From the NCBI GenBank assembly GCA_964016885.1, contig OZ024743.1, positions 352,780,001 through 352,844,000 of the forward strand: a stretch of 64,000 bases of DNA, in the 5' to 3' direction. Within the stretch, counting starts at the first letter, position 1. Each line of letters opens with the position of its first letter. This DNA comes from Eledone cirrhosa. Its lineage: Eukaryota. Below, in pieces: positions 49,741 to 63,272 of the stretch. The position numbers were made by a program, and so were the translations under genes. The notes beneath the pieces were generated by a model that saw only the letters and a program-made list of their open reading frames with translations, was not told the DNA's origin and ran no database searches.

Positions 49741-51118
49741 TGCTTTCTTTATTAACCACAAGGGTTTACACAAAGTAGACACTAAGGACAGTACATGACA
49801 ATACAGGATGGTACAAAAGGGCATTTCTGCCTGTAAAAAACAAAAAACAGAGGATGTAATAATAGAACAATGAAAAAATTCTCCAATAGGGGGGAGACTT
49901 CCGAGGGCCATGGTGGAGAAAGCCCATTAAAAAGCCACGTGACCCTGACCACCAGGGCAATTGTCGTCTCCCAGTTTTCCACCTTCAATTTACAGGCATA
50001 TACTCAGAGTATGTCCACTCACTCGGGCCATTCTTGCTTCTCTCACCCATCTTTCAACAAAAAGCTGGGATGAGAATACCTCCCTCTCTACCCTGATTTT
50101 CCTTTTCAAATGAAATTGGAAAAAGTTAATCAGGGCATTACCGAAGCGGTAAGTGCTCGTCTTCAGCTGTGTCCACCATACTATCTCTTTCACCATGGCC
50201 ACCAGGCAGATAAAAACTGCCTGCCCTTCCCGGCTATAGGAAGAGGGCAGCGCAATCCTCACAATGGACTCAGCTGATAGTCGGATCTGTTCTTCACGTG
50301 ACAGCAGGTGTTCGACATAAACCCATAAGTCAGCAATGCTCGGACACTGGACGAGTGCATGCAGGACGGCTTCGTCGCCCTGCGCGCATCTCGGACATGC
50401 CCGGCTGACGGCACCTCCATGCCTGTAGAGTTTATCCCGAACTGGCAAGGCTCCTCGGTAGCACTGCCAGGCCAGGGATTTCTGGAAGTTGTCCATAGGC
50501 CCCGGCCCAAAATTTCTTCCGAAGAGATTGGCTAGTTGATTTTCGTCGACGCCTAGAGTTTCTCCAAGTACGTCGTCGCTCTTCCCCTCCACTAATCCTC
50601 TATAGAACGCCAAGGAGGAGTTTCCACCGATCACATTGCCCGATTGGCCGAGGACTGCAGCTCCGTCAAGGAGCTGAGCTGGGGAAAGACGCGTCTAGCA
50701 AACGGCGACCACACCTGATCACCGTCGAGGAAGAGGTGGAGATGTCGTAGCCTGAGCGCGTGTCTGCGCATCATTAGCCACGGCATGCCCAACCCTCCAC
50801 GTAGCGGGTGTTGACAGCAGATGGACCGCCTGACCATCGGAGCGCGTCCCTTCCACAAAAAGCGAAAGAGCAAACGCTCCAGCGCAGCCAGGCGAGGCTT
50901 GGCACGACGGTCAGGTGGTAGTAGATGACGGACACGATGTACACGTTAGCCACCTCCGCTCGACCTTTCAGGATAGTTTTCTCTCCACCCATTTCTGGGT
51001 AAGAGAAGCCACCCTGCTCGTCACCTCATCCCAGTTTTTGTCCGTCTGGAGGTCCGGACCGAACCAGACCCCTAACAATTTAACTGGTCCGTCCGTCCAG
51101 CGCCCGACGACGCCGTTA
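49741..51118 (-). mobile_element. 5'-truncated Tx1/L1-clade LINE (copy B)
   Basis: LGVWFG, LKGRAEVAN, FRFLW.G...GGLGMP and the CCHC finger CPRC...LHALVQC; ends AATAAA plus (ATT)n on the minus strand. Confidence 0.88.
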
Positions 51119-51959
51119 GAGAAACAAAAATAAATATAATTTAAAAGCTAGAGTCTCTGTGGTGTAAAAAGTCCATCACACTGGTGAAAGAGAGAGAGTG
51201 GTGGTAGTGGTAGCACAGACAAGAAGAATTACTTTTTAGAACACTGTGAAAGGGGAATAGTAAGAGTGTGTGTGAGAGAGAGAGAGGGGGGGGGGCACTG
51301 GTGGGAGTGGCAGCAATGCTGAAATCCCATTCTGTAACAAGTATGAAAAGAGCAAACATGTAAGGAAGAGAGAGGGAAAAGAGAGGAATTACATGGAAAA
51401 ATATTGTTTATCCTCTTATATACGAGTAAAATATTTCATTTTGGTAGCTTCAATCATTTGTTAAATTTATTCAATATACGTTATTATGTTCTACATATAC
51501 AACATAAAATGTCTTATTGATTTTTTTTGGTGGTTGTTTCTAATTAAACCATGGAATTTTCTTGGGGCTCAGTTAGTCATGATCGCCATCATCACCATCA
51601 CTGTTTAACGTCCATTTTTCCACATTAGCATGGTTTACATGAGTTGTCCCGTTGTAAGATAACTCAGATCAGGTGACCGTGTCTTGCTTATACAGAACTG
51701 TTTCTGGCTCGGTTTCTATGACTTGATGCCCTTCCTAATGCCAACCATATTTATGAACTTATATGGCAGAATAGATCAATTAACCTTTAGCATGCCGAAT
51801 TTTTTATGAATTGCTTCCCTTGAACACTGCATTGTATATTAAAGGGAGATTTCTTGGCAACATAAGGCATCTATAGCACACTGAAAGTTAAGAAAACGTT
51901 CATAGGCACCATAGTTGTCTAATTTTTTAGATAAACACTTTTATGACCATAGTCAATAT

Positions 51960-52572
51960 GATTCATTTATGCAAAAAAAAAATAGAAAAAAGGAGAGAAA
52001 GAAAAAAAGAAGAAAAAGAACAGGAAGGGGAGGGCAAGGCAAGAGCTCTGGTGTTACAGAAGAGAGCGAGGGGTGAAGAGGGGAGATTGGGCTTTGGGCC
52101 TAGGGTAAGAGGGCAGAAGTGCTGCACCTCGCTGACAAGACAGCAAAAGCTTTCCCCTGGACGAAGGCCAGAGACACCCACTGCAACAACCACCCAACAT
52201 CGCGGGGCTCTCTCCTCAGACGGGCCGCCGATGCTCCGAACTTGCAGATGAGCTTGGCAGTACGGGGTCAAGTATGCCTGAGGTCTCAACAGCAACCAGT
52301 GCACAGAGAAAGCGGCCGGACAAACCCCGGTATTTGTTTATTTTACATTCTGCGAGGCCGGCTGCGATGTCGGGGTTTGTGACCAAAGCGACTAAGTTGG
52401 AGGCAGAGAACGTGCCGCAGCAGATGGGTTCTCAGATGAGGGATCTACCTCCTTCGAATGGGAAGAGGCTGATTCAATCAGGATGCTTGCCATGTCTGCA
52501 GTCTAGGCCTGCTGGCTCCAGTTGAGATGGAAAGCCAACTGCACCCAGGCTTCTTCTCAATATTTTGTTGAG
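51960..52572 (-). mobile_element. CRE-clade non-LTR retrotransposon 3' fragment (second copy)
   Basis: Minus strand gives NKILRRSLGAVGFPSQLEPAGL...GKHPD..LFPF.GGRSLI; the 3' part aligns with 33400-33750. Confidence 0.78.
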
Positions 52573-52897
52573 AATAAACAGGAACTTGTAAATTGAAAAT
52601 TATTCACTGATGGTGTTTTTTGAAAAGATGTCTTTAAATTTCATTTAAAAGTTGACACAGATGGTGCAGTTCAGATTGAAGAGGAAGATTAGGCTAGCCA
52701 AATACATACTTCACATGTTCTAACAGATATAGTCAAACAAAGGGGTGTGAAATCCTGTCTTATAGACATTTTTCCAGAGAGTCACTGATGTTGAGCAATT
52801 CCTTAATGTCACGTCCATCTTTCCTCTCCAGCAAACACTAGCTAATCTACAAACTACACTACTGACAAATACATATTGAATATATGCACCTACTGTA

Positions 52898-52940
<43 letters not shown>

Positions 52941-53565
52941 ACATATATTTTCTTAGATTTATATATTGGTGTGTTTGTAGGTACACACGTAATCTCAGAC
53001 ATTCACACACATGCAAAACAAAATGCAAGTACACATAATTAAACATAAAATTCATAATGTGATATTTGAAGACCAATATATATCAATATACATGTGTGTG
53101 CGTATACATGTATCATCATCATCATTATTTAACATCCATTTTTCCATGCAAGCATGTGCGTGTGTATATGCATATTTAAGTCATTTCTCAACTCATTACC
53201 CCTTTGAACTCTGTTACACCTGTCATGCACCTTTGACATTAAACTGCATTTCATTTCCGATTCATTTAAATCAATTACAATAATTTTTTAAAATCATTAT
53301 CAAACATATATCCACTAAATTATGATAACTTTGTTCTACCTAAGTATCTGTCTGTCTATCTATCTTCAGATTTCTTTGGGGATTTGGGCTGTGTTGTTTT
53401 TGTTGGACTTATCTGAAGATAGATATATTGGTAAATATACATAAATATACAACTATGGAATGATAGCCAGACAGACAGATAAATAAACAGGTCGATAGGT
53501 ATATATACAGATATGCAGGTAGATAGATAGACAGACAGTTAGGTGTATATGTATATATATAAATA

Positions 53566-54357
53566 TCATCATCATCATCGTTTAACGTCTACTGACCACG
53601 CTAGCATGGGTTTAGACGAGAATTGTCCCACTTGAGGCAAGATTGGTTGTCTTGCTCGTATAGGACTGTCTGGCAGGTTTTCTACGGCTGGATGCCCTTC
53701 CTAACACCAACCACGTTTAGAGCATGGACTGTGTGTTTTTTTGTTGTGACACCTACAGGACCTCATTTATTTAGGACTGGATGTTGTGGTACCAACATAA
53801 CTTTACAGAGAAATAGGTGGTGTTGATGGGGGTGGGGGTAGTGGGATGGGGGGGGGGGGTATTTTTGGTTATGAGGTAGGTCACTGTAGGTTTCGCTTTG
53901 TACTTAGGCAAGGCGGGTCTTCTGTATTACTGCGTAGCGCCAAAGATCTCGGTCTAGTGACATTGTCTTGGAGAGGTGTAAGTGTGCAAGGTCGTAATTT
54001 ATCAAATCGTCCCAGGTTTTTCTGGGTCTGCCTACTCCGTAGCTTCCATCAATTTTGATTGCCCTGCACTTTTTTTATACATCTGTCGTCTTTCATGCGC
54101 ATCACGTAGTCTTCCAACGTAGTCTTCTCTCGGGTAAACAGCATCTGATCTCTCTTATTCCTAATTTCTCACTTAGTTCATTTATGCTTTGCTGTTCACG
54201 TATATTACTATTACACATCCAACGGAGGATGCAAGCTTCGTTTCTCTCCAGTCTGCGTAGATCCTCTGCACACAATGCCCATGTCTCACTGCCATGTAAC
54301 ATTGCTGTTCGTATACAGGCATCATACAGTCTGCCTTTCATTTTTAGAGAAAAACCT
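53566..54357 (-). mobile_element. 5'-truncated RTE family A
   Basis: ORF 54102-54341 (KGRLYDACIRTAMLHGSETW), 3'UTR and (CAT)n tail; (TA)n on both flanks. Confidence 0.92.
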
Positions 54358-54359
54358 CG

Positions 54360-54394
<35 letters not shown>

Positions 54395-54542
54395 TATTTT
54401 CCTGCTCTGTAAAACACCTGTTCTTACATTGAGCTTTTCCCTTACTGGTAATAAGGTAGTAGGAAATTACTGACCTTTCCTGTTTATAGTTGTTTATAGT
54501 ATATACATAACTATAAATAGTATCATTATTATTATATATATA

Positions 54543-54734
54543 GGGCGGTGGATTGGCAGTATCGGTAGAGGGTCGGACGCCATGCTTTAATGCAAAGAGT
54601 TACGGCCCTTGCCATTCTGAGTTCCAATCCCGCCGAGGTTAACTTTGCTTTTCATCCTTACGGGGTCGATAAAATAAAGTACCAGTAATGTACTGGGTAA
54701 TTGCTGGCCTTGTGCCAAAAGTAGAAACAATTAT

Positions 54735-54740
<6 letters not shown>
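54543..54740 (+). mobile_element. SINE family 1
   Basis: Full head-to-tail copy; attattattatatata on both flanks. Confidence 0.9.
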
Positions 54741-54776
<36 letters not shown>

Positions 54777-54780
54777 TATA

Positions 54781-55589
54781 CAGTGATACCTCACAGTACG
54801 AGTTTAATTTGTTCCATGAACAAGCTCGTTTTATGATTTACTCGTTTTACAAATCAATTTACCCCATTGAAATTAATTAAAATATAGTTAATCTGTTCCA
54901 GGCTCCCAAAAATCATTTTTATGGGTTTTAAAACAGAATAGATGCAGTTACAAGGAAAATGACAATTATAAAAACATAATAAAAGAGAATGCAAAAGAAA
55001 TGTGTTAACTGGTTTTATTAATTTAAATTGTGGATTGGCAGTATCAGTAGAGGGTCGGACGCCATGCTTTGATGCAAAGAGTTACGGCCCTTGCCATTCT
55101 GAGTTCCAATCCCGCCGAGGTTAACTTTGCCTTTCATCCTTACGGGGTCGATCAAATAAAGTACCAGTAATGCACTGGGTAATTGCTGGCCTTGTGCCTA
55201 AAGTAGAAACAATTAATTTAAATTACCTTAAAGATGGGACGAGTTTTGCGTGATGGAGCGGGGAGGAGGAGAATCTCCTTTCATTAAGTCTTCAGGAAGA
55301 CCAATTTCTGGCATTTTCTCTCTCACTTATAAATATATCAAGAAGTCTGCTTTTTCTTGCCTTTCAAAATGTTACGAAAATGCGCTAGAGCAGTGTCATT
55401 AAATAAAACTGCACGACCTGTAGACACCTTTTCAGGATGATTTTTGGGAGAGCATGTACAAGTTCAGCACCGACTAATGGTCACTTGTATGAAACTCGCT
55501 CATACTGCAGATTTCCACTTGTACTACAAGACAAAAATTTGCATGAGCCTAGACTTGTACAATGGGGCACTCGTACTACAAAGTTCTAC
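54781..55589 (-). mobile_element. Tigger/pogo-like internally deleted DNA transposon
   Basis: TA|CAGTGATACCTC...GTACGAGT at the left and a degenerate inverted end near 55565-55590. Minus strand gives NHPEKVSTGRAVLFNDTALAHFRNILKG.KKQTS, resembling a Tigger transposase C-terminus. Confidence 0.72.
55030..55211 (+). mobile_element. SINE family 1 nested in the Tigger element
   Basis: 13-bp TSD ATTAATTTAAATT at 55017-55029 and 55212-55224. Confidence 0.92.
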
Positions 55590-55989
55590 TATATCAAAAT
55601 CTCATAGATTCGATATTATAAAGGCTTTACTGCGAAAATACAATAGTAAATATAGGGTAATATAAATGCTAAATGCCTTATCAATGGAACATGGTTCTGA
55701 ATAAACATGTCATACCAGCAGATATCCTTATGCTCTGCTGTGCGTGGCTTTCCTAAAATGAGCAGTCATTTCAACACAAAACGAAACCATTCCAATAGAG
55801 GAAAGCTGATATGGTAACAACGCATTTTCTATATCTGTCTGCTTTTCTCTCTCTTTTTCTATCATGGCCGCTTGCTGCCATTTGAAGAAAGCTTTGAGTT
55901 CATTGGTGACCATTGACCACCTTTAATTTTAGCAACAGGGTGTTTTATAGTTATTTCTGTATTTGAGCTCCTCACATTTCTACATACTC

Positions 55990-56020
<31 letters not shown>

Positions 56021-56023
<3 letters not shown>

Positions 56024-57320
56024 TTGTCATCATCATCATATAACATCTACTTTCCACACTAGCATGGGTTAGACGGGTTGTCCCATTTGAGGTAAGTCAG
56101 GTCAAGTGACTATGTCCTGCTCATACAGAACCGTTTCTGGCTAGATTTCTACAGCTGGATGCCCTTCCTAATGCCGACCACATTTACAGTGTGTGCTGGA
56201 TGCTTTTTGTCGTGATGCATCAAATGTCCATACCAATGCAATCTCCTCTCCTGCACACTGCATCTCATTCCTCTTATGCCTAGTTTCTCTCTCAGTATGT
56301 TTATGCTTAGCCATTCTTGTATATTACTATTACATATCCATCAGAGCATGCAAGCTTCATTCCTTTCCAATCTACGCAAGTCTTCTGCACACAGCACCTA
56401 GGTCTCACTATCATGCAACATTGCTGTCTGTATGCAAGCATCATACAGTCCGCCTTTCATTTTGAGGGAAAAGCGTTTTGTAGCTAGCAGTGGTAGTAAA
56501 TCCCTGAACTTCTTCCATCATATTCTTACTCTGGCTACTGAACTTTCAGAACACCCACCTCCACTGTTAATTTGGTCACCCAGGTAGAAGCTGTCTACTG
56601 TTTCTACTGAGCCTTCCCAGAATTTGATAGTGCTTGTCTCCTGTGGTTATTTGCTGCCTACTGTCCCGGTGGAACCGCTACATGTAAAGCCGACATTCTT
56701 AGCTAAACTCCTTGAGATCCCACTACATCTCTTGTGTACCCACAGTTTGCATGAGGCAGAGGATGGAGTTTCTACCTACGCCTTTCCTACATACTGAACA
56801 AGGCCATTTCCCCAAGGGGATTTGGGTTCTGTTTTCTCTTCTACTTACTAGGACCTTTGTCAGATTGATTTTAAGACCACTTTTTTCTAGGCTCTTCTTC
56901 CATGTTTGGAATTTCTTCTTTAATTCCACCATAGATTCTGCTATGAGTATGAGATCATTCACGTACAGGAGTTCCCATGGGCAGTCGGTCTTAAACTTCT
57001 CTGTTATAGCCTGTAGTACAATAATAAACAGGAGAAGGCTAAGAACAGAGCCCTGGTGGATGCCAACCTGTACACTAAATTCCTTGCTATAGTCTTAATC
57101 CTAACTTTGTTGACTGCTCCCCTATATATGGCTTGTACAGCCTTCACAAGCCACTCATTTATTCCTAGTTTTCTAAGACCCCACCAGGTTATGGCACAGG
57201 GCACTCTGTTGAAAGCTTTTTACAGATCGACAAATGCCAGGTACAGCAGTTTACTTTTAGCTAGGTACTTTTCCTGCTTCACCAGGAAGAGAGCATCTGT
57301 GGTGCTTTTGCCTGGTACAA
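56021..57320 (-). mobile_element. Older degenerate RTE copy (RT C-terminal half, deleted 3' region)
   Basis: ORFs 57004-57204 and 56723-56962 (GKWPCSVCRKG); 3'UTR motif and (CAT)n next to (TA)n. Confidence 0.85.
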
Positions 57321-57443
57321 TTTTATTACACAGGAATTTCTCCTGCTTCTCACAGAGACATCAGACAAGGATGATGCAGATGAAAATGTATATTTAAACC
57401 GAGTACTCTTTTCTTTAGGCAGTTACCTACATACAGATATATA

Positions 57444-57494
<51 letters not shown>

Positions 57495-57536
57495 TTATAT
57501 ATATATATACTTGTGTATATATTTATATACATGTAC

Positions 57537-58065
57537 CATCATCACCATTTTACATCTATTTTTCCACACTAGCATGGGTTAGACGAGTTGTCCTGTCATG
57601 GGCAATGGTAGGTCAGGTGACCATGTCTTGCACATACAGAACTGATTTTGGCTTGGTTTCTATAGCTGGATGCCCTTCCTAATGCCAACCTCATTTACAG
57701 TGAGTACTGGGTGCTTTTTGTAGAGTCATATATGTGTATATATATATATATATATATACATGTGTGTGTATCCTTGCAAGCAGGGAAAAGTGGGCGTAAA
57801 ATGATGATATATATACACACAGATAAGGACCCTCTCCTGTGCACTTGGTGGAGTGTTGACCGTATATCAAGTGAGACACAAGATCCCTGGCCTACCTGGG
57901 AGATAAGTGACTAAGCTTCATAGAGCGTTAGGAAGGGCATCCAGTCATAGAATCCAAGTCAAAATCAGTTATGTATGAGCAAGACATGATCACCTGATCT
58001 AACTTGCCTCACAATTCGTCTAACCTATGCTAGCATTGAAAAATGGATATTAAACAGTGATGATA
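57537..58065. mobile_element. Cluster of short RTE-tail/SINE fragments in both orientations
   Basis: ggatgcccttcctaatgccaacc (-), ccttgcaagcagggaaaagtgggcgtaaaatgatg (+) and ggaagggcatccag...taaacagtgatgat (+). Confidence 0.75.
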
Positions 58066-58208
58066 TATATAAAGGAACGATCAACTTTCGTCAAATCGGA
58101 CCGAGGAAACAATGGTTATGTTGGTCTTTCCAATTGCTAATACTATCTATCGGTCACAACTCCAGGTATTTCACGTTGCTCCTTCTACCTGGAGTTGATG
58201 ATATATAT

Positions 58209-61200
58209 CATCATCAACGTTTAACGTCCGTGTTCCACGCTTGCATGGGTTTGGAGGGGGGTTTTCCCACTTGAGGCAAGAGTGATTATCTTGCTCGCAT
58301 AGGACTATCTGGCGGGTTTTCTACAGCTGGATGCCCTTCCTAACACCAACCAGTGTGGGGCTGGGAGGTTTTTACCGTGTTGCCTACACGGCCACATTAC
58401 AGCGTGAACTGTGTATTTTTTGACGTGACACCTACACGATCTCATTTGTTTCGGCCTGGATGTTGTGGCACCAATATAACTTTACATTGAAAGGGGCGGT
58501 GGGGATGGGGTGGGGGTGGGGTACGGGGGTGTATTTTGTTAGAGATGCCTACTGACTGTAGTAGGTTTTACTTTGTATTTAGGTAAGGCGGGTCTTCTCT
58601 ATTACTGAGTACCGCCAACGGTCTCGGTTCAGTGACATTGTCTTGGTGAGGTGTAAGTGTGTGAGGTTGAAATTTATCAGCTCGTCCCAGGTTTTTCTGG
58701 GTCTGCCTATTCCGTGGCTACCGTCTATCTTTATTGCCCTGCACTTTGTTATACAGCTATCGTCCTTCATGCGCATCACGTGACCATACCAACGTAGCCT
58801 TCTCTCGAGTAAACAACATCTGATCCCTCTTATTTCTAATTTTTTCCTTAGTTCGTTTATGCTTTGCCGTTCACGTATATTACTATTACACATCCAGCGG
58901 AGCATGCAAGCTTCGTTTCTCTCTAGTCTGCGTATATCCTCTGCACACAATGCCCAGGTCTCACTGCCATGCAACATTGCTGTTCGTATGCAGGCATCGT
59001 ACAACCTGCCTTTCATTTTTAGGGAGAACCCTTTAGCGGCTAATAGTGGTATAAGCTCTCTGAACTTTTTCCATCCAGTTCTGACTCTAGCTACTGTACT
59101 TTCAGAGCACCCTCCCCCACTGCTGATTTTGTCACCCAGGTAACGGAAGCTGTCCACTATTTCTATAGAACCCTCTGCGCAGTTGAAAGAGCTAGTATTT
59201 TGTGGGCACTTGCTGCTACTTATTGCACCAGAGCACCGGCCACATGTAAAATCTATGTTCTTAGTTAGCTTACCTGTGATCCCACTACATCTTTTATGCA
59301 CCCATACTTTGCATTTGGGACACAAAATGGAGTTTCTACCTACGCCTTTCCTACACACTGAGCATGGCCACTTCCCGGAAGGGACCGCCGCCTTATTTGC
59401 TTTCTTACAAACTAGAACTTTAGTCTTAGCCAGGTTAATTTTAAGGCCTTTTGATTCTAGGCCGTGCTTCCATGTTTGGAATTTCTTCTCTAGCTCGGCC
59501 ATTGATTCAGCTATGAGTGTTAGGTCATCTGCGTATAGGAGTTCCCATGGGCAACCGGTCTTGAACTCCTCTGTTATAGCCTGAAGGGCAATAATAAATA
59601 GTAGGGAGCTGAGAACAGAGCCCTGATGGACGCCAACTTTTACGCTAAACTCTTCACTATATTCGTTGTTAATTCTAACCTTGCTGACTGTTTCTTTATA
59701 CATGGCTTGTATAGCTCTCACAAGCCATTCGTCAACACCTAGTTTTCTAAGAGCCCACCAGATAATGGAACGGGGGACTCTGTCGAAGGCTTTCTCCAAG
59801 TCGACAAAAGCTAAGTATAGGGGTTTACTTTTAGCTAGGTACTTCTCCTGTAGTTGTCGTACAATGAAAAGAGCGTCTGTGGTACTTTTGCCTGACACAA
59901 ACCCGAACTGCATTTCATCTAGATCAATTCTCTCTCTGATTAGTTGCGCTATTACTTTTTCCGTGACCTTCATGACCTGGTCGATTAATTTAATGCCTCT
60001 ATAGTAACTCCTATCTAGTGCATCTCCTTTACCTTTATAACAGTTAACGATGATGCTGCTACGCCAGTCCTTCAGAACAACCCCATTCTGTACGACTTGG
60101 TTAACTATCCGGGTGACCATGGTGTGTCCCACCGTACCAGATGCCTTCAGCATCTCGGCAACTATTTCTGAAGGCCCAGCCGCCTTACCTGTCTTCATAT
60201 CTTTGATTGCCTTACTTATTATACTACCCTCGACTAACACTGCTGGTCCCTCTATTGGGTCGATGTGGGGGAGACTGTCTTTCTCCCATTTATTCTCCTC
60301 ATTTAGTAGCCTTTCATAGTGACACTTCCAAGCTACCTTCTTATCAGTGTCGGTGATGGCAAGTACGCCGTCATCATTAAGTACACACTTCTCGCCGACA
60401 ATATCACGGTTTTCCTTGACACATTGCCTAGCAATCCTGAACACCTCACGTTTTTGGTCCTCACGTTGTAGAACATGCTTGAACTTTCTTTCCTCTGCTT
60501 CCCTTCTTGCGAAGTACACTTGTCTCCTAGCTTCCCTCCTGGCCACTTGATAGTCTTCTCTGCTTCCCCCATCCCGCCATACTTTCCAAGCCTGCTTTTT
60601 GGCCTTAATTGACCCCTCCACCTTACTGTTCCACCACCATGTTACTCTCCTCCTGCCTACAGGCCTGCTCCAGCCACAGACTTCGTCTGCCGCCATCAGC
60701 AAGTTTGCTTTCAGGAATTCCTACTGCTCCTCTATATTGTACGACTCTAATTGCTCTTCCTTACTGTCGAAAGCATCAAGTAGTATACTTTTGAATTTAT
60801 TTCTGGCTGTGGGGTCCTTTAGCTTCCATATTTTTCTCCTGAGGATAGTCCTCTTCTGTTGTCTAGTACATCTCGTCCTGACTATTAGGTCGCTAATTAT
60901 CAGTCTATGTTGGGAGGTGCATTCTTCATGGGGGAGGGATTTAGTGTTTACAACAGACACTCTGTCACGTCTTCTGGTAAGGATATAATCTACCTGGCTT
61001 GTGTGTTCCCCCGATCTATAGGTGATCAGGTGATTGTCACGTTTTTTGAAGTTAGTGTTACAGATAGTTAGGTTATTTGCGTCACAGAATTCCAAGATTC
61101 TGGAGCCTTCCTCATTTCTAGTACCAAACCCATAGCCTCCATGGATTTCGTTGTAGCCGTCACAATGTTGTCCAACGTGACCATTTAGGTCGCCTGCAAT

Positions 61201-61762
61201 AATTATATAGTCACTGTCGGTTATTTGGGAGGTAGTGAGCATCAGTGTCTCATAGAATCTGTCTTTTATAGTGCCGGGCAGTCCGGATTGGAGTGTGTAC
61301 GCAGATATTATGTCACCGTAGTTCTATTGAGGACAAGTCTTATTTTAATTATTCTGTCGTTCACTCTATTTACGTCTATTATCTTATCTGCCCACTTTTC
61401 TGCTACCATGATTCCTACTCCACCCAGCCCATTGTCATTTCCTGCCCAGAAAAGCTTATAGCATCGTTTTTTACCCACAATGAATCTAGCAGACCCACCC
61501 CTCCACCTGGTCTCTTGAATACAACAAACATCGACCTCCTTACGTTCAAGCATTTCTACAACCTCGTTAGAGCGACCCTTTAAGGTGCCTACATTCAAGG
61601 TACCAACTCTGAAGTTTTGGATTGCGTTTGGAGGGTGGAAGCGGTGGGGAGCGGGGGGAGATGGGTTATGTTAGCCATCCGCGGCCGAAACAAAGAGGAA
61701 TGCTCGCATTCTCGTCCACGAGGTGAATTTGTCTTTATCTTTGGCATTGTCGCTGAGCGTCC
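58209..61762 (-). mobile_element. Near-full-length RTE family A (frameshift at 61308, TAG at 60721)
   Basis: ORFs 61308-61598, 60721-61242 and 58579-60702 are nearly identical to the 24-27.8 kb copy; (CAT)n tail at 58209. Confidence 0.95.
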
Positions 61763-61768
61763 TATATA

Positions 61769-63272
61769 GAAAGCCTTTGATAGAGTCCCCTGCTCCATTA
61801 TCTGGTGGGCTCTTAGAAAACTAGGTGTAGATGAATGGCTTGTGAGAGCTATACAAGCCATGTATAAAGAAACAGTCAGCAAGGTTAGAATTAACAACGA
61901 ATATAGTGAAGAGTTTAGCGTAAAAGTTGGTGTTCATCAGGGCTCCATCCTTAGCCCCCTCCTATTTATTATCGCCCTCCAAGCTATAATGGAGGAGTTC
62001 AAGACCGGCTGCCCATGGGAACTTCTATACACAGATGATCTAACGCTCATAGCCGAATCAATGGCTGAGCTAGAGAAGAAATTCCAAACATGGAAGCATG
62101 GCCTAGAATCAAAAGGCCTTAAAGTTAACTGGTCCCATCTGGGAAATGGCCATGCTCAGTGTGTAGGAAAGGAGTAGGCAGAAACTCCATTTTATGTCCC
62201 AAATCCAAAGTATGGGTGCATAAAAGATGTAGTGGGATCACAGGTAAGCTAACTAAGAATATAGATTTTATATGTGGCCGGTGCTCAGGTGCAATAAGTA
62301 GCAGCAAATGCCCACAGAATACTAGCTCATTCCATTGCCCAGATGGTTCTATAGAAATAGTGGACACCTTCCGTTACCTGGGTGACAAAATCAGCAGTGG
62401 TGGATGGTGCTCCGAAAGTACTGGAGCTAGAGTCCGAACGGGATGGAAAAAGTTCAGAGAGCTTATACCACTATTGGGCGCTAAAGGTTTCTCTCTAAAA
62501 ATAAAAGGCAGGCTGTACGATGCCTGCATACGAACAGCAATGTTGCATGGCAGTGAGACCTGGGCATTGTGTGCAGAGGATATACGCAGACTAGAGAGAA
62601 ACAAAGCTTGCATGCTCCGCTGGATGTGTAATAGTAATATACGCGATCGGCAAAGCATAAATGAACTAAGTGAGAAATTAGGAATAAGAGGGATCAGATG
62701 CTGTTTATTCAAGAGAAGACTACGTTGGTATGGTCACTTGATGTGCATGAAAGACGACAGCTGTATAAAAAAAAGCAGACGATCAAAATAGATGGTAGCT
62801 ACGGAGTAGGCAGACCCAGAAAAACCTGGGACGACTTGATAAAATCCGACCTCACACACTTACACCTCTCCAAGACAATGTCACTGGACCGAGATCTTTG
62901 GCGCTACATAGTAATACAGAAGACCCGCCTTGCTTAAGTACAAAGCGAAACCTATAGTCAGTAGGCACCTGTTAACCAAAATAATAACCCTTTCAATGTA
63001 AAGCTATGTGGTACCACAACATCCAGTCCTAAATAAATGAGTAGTGTAGGTGTTACGACAAAAAACACAGTCCACGCTGTAATGTGGCCGTGTAGGTAAC
63101 ACAGTAAAAATCTCTCAGTCCACACTGTAAACGTGGTTGGTGTTAGGAAGGGCATCCAGCCGTAGAAAACCCGCCAGACAGTCCTGAGCAAGACAACCAA
63201 TCTTGCCTCAAGTGGGACAATTCTCGTCCAGACCCATGCTAGTGTGGAAAATGGATGTTAAACGAAGATGAT
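61769..63272 (+). mobile_element. 5'-truncated RTE family A, head-to-head with the previous copy
   Basis: Starts at KAFDRVP after a TATATA spacer; ORFs 61842-62177, 62159-62791 and 62698-62937; 3'UTR and tail. Confidence 0.93.
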
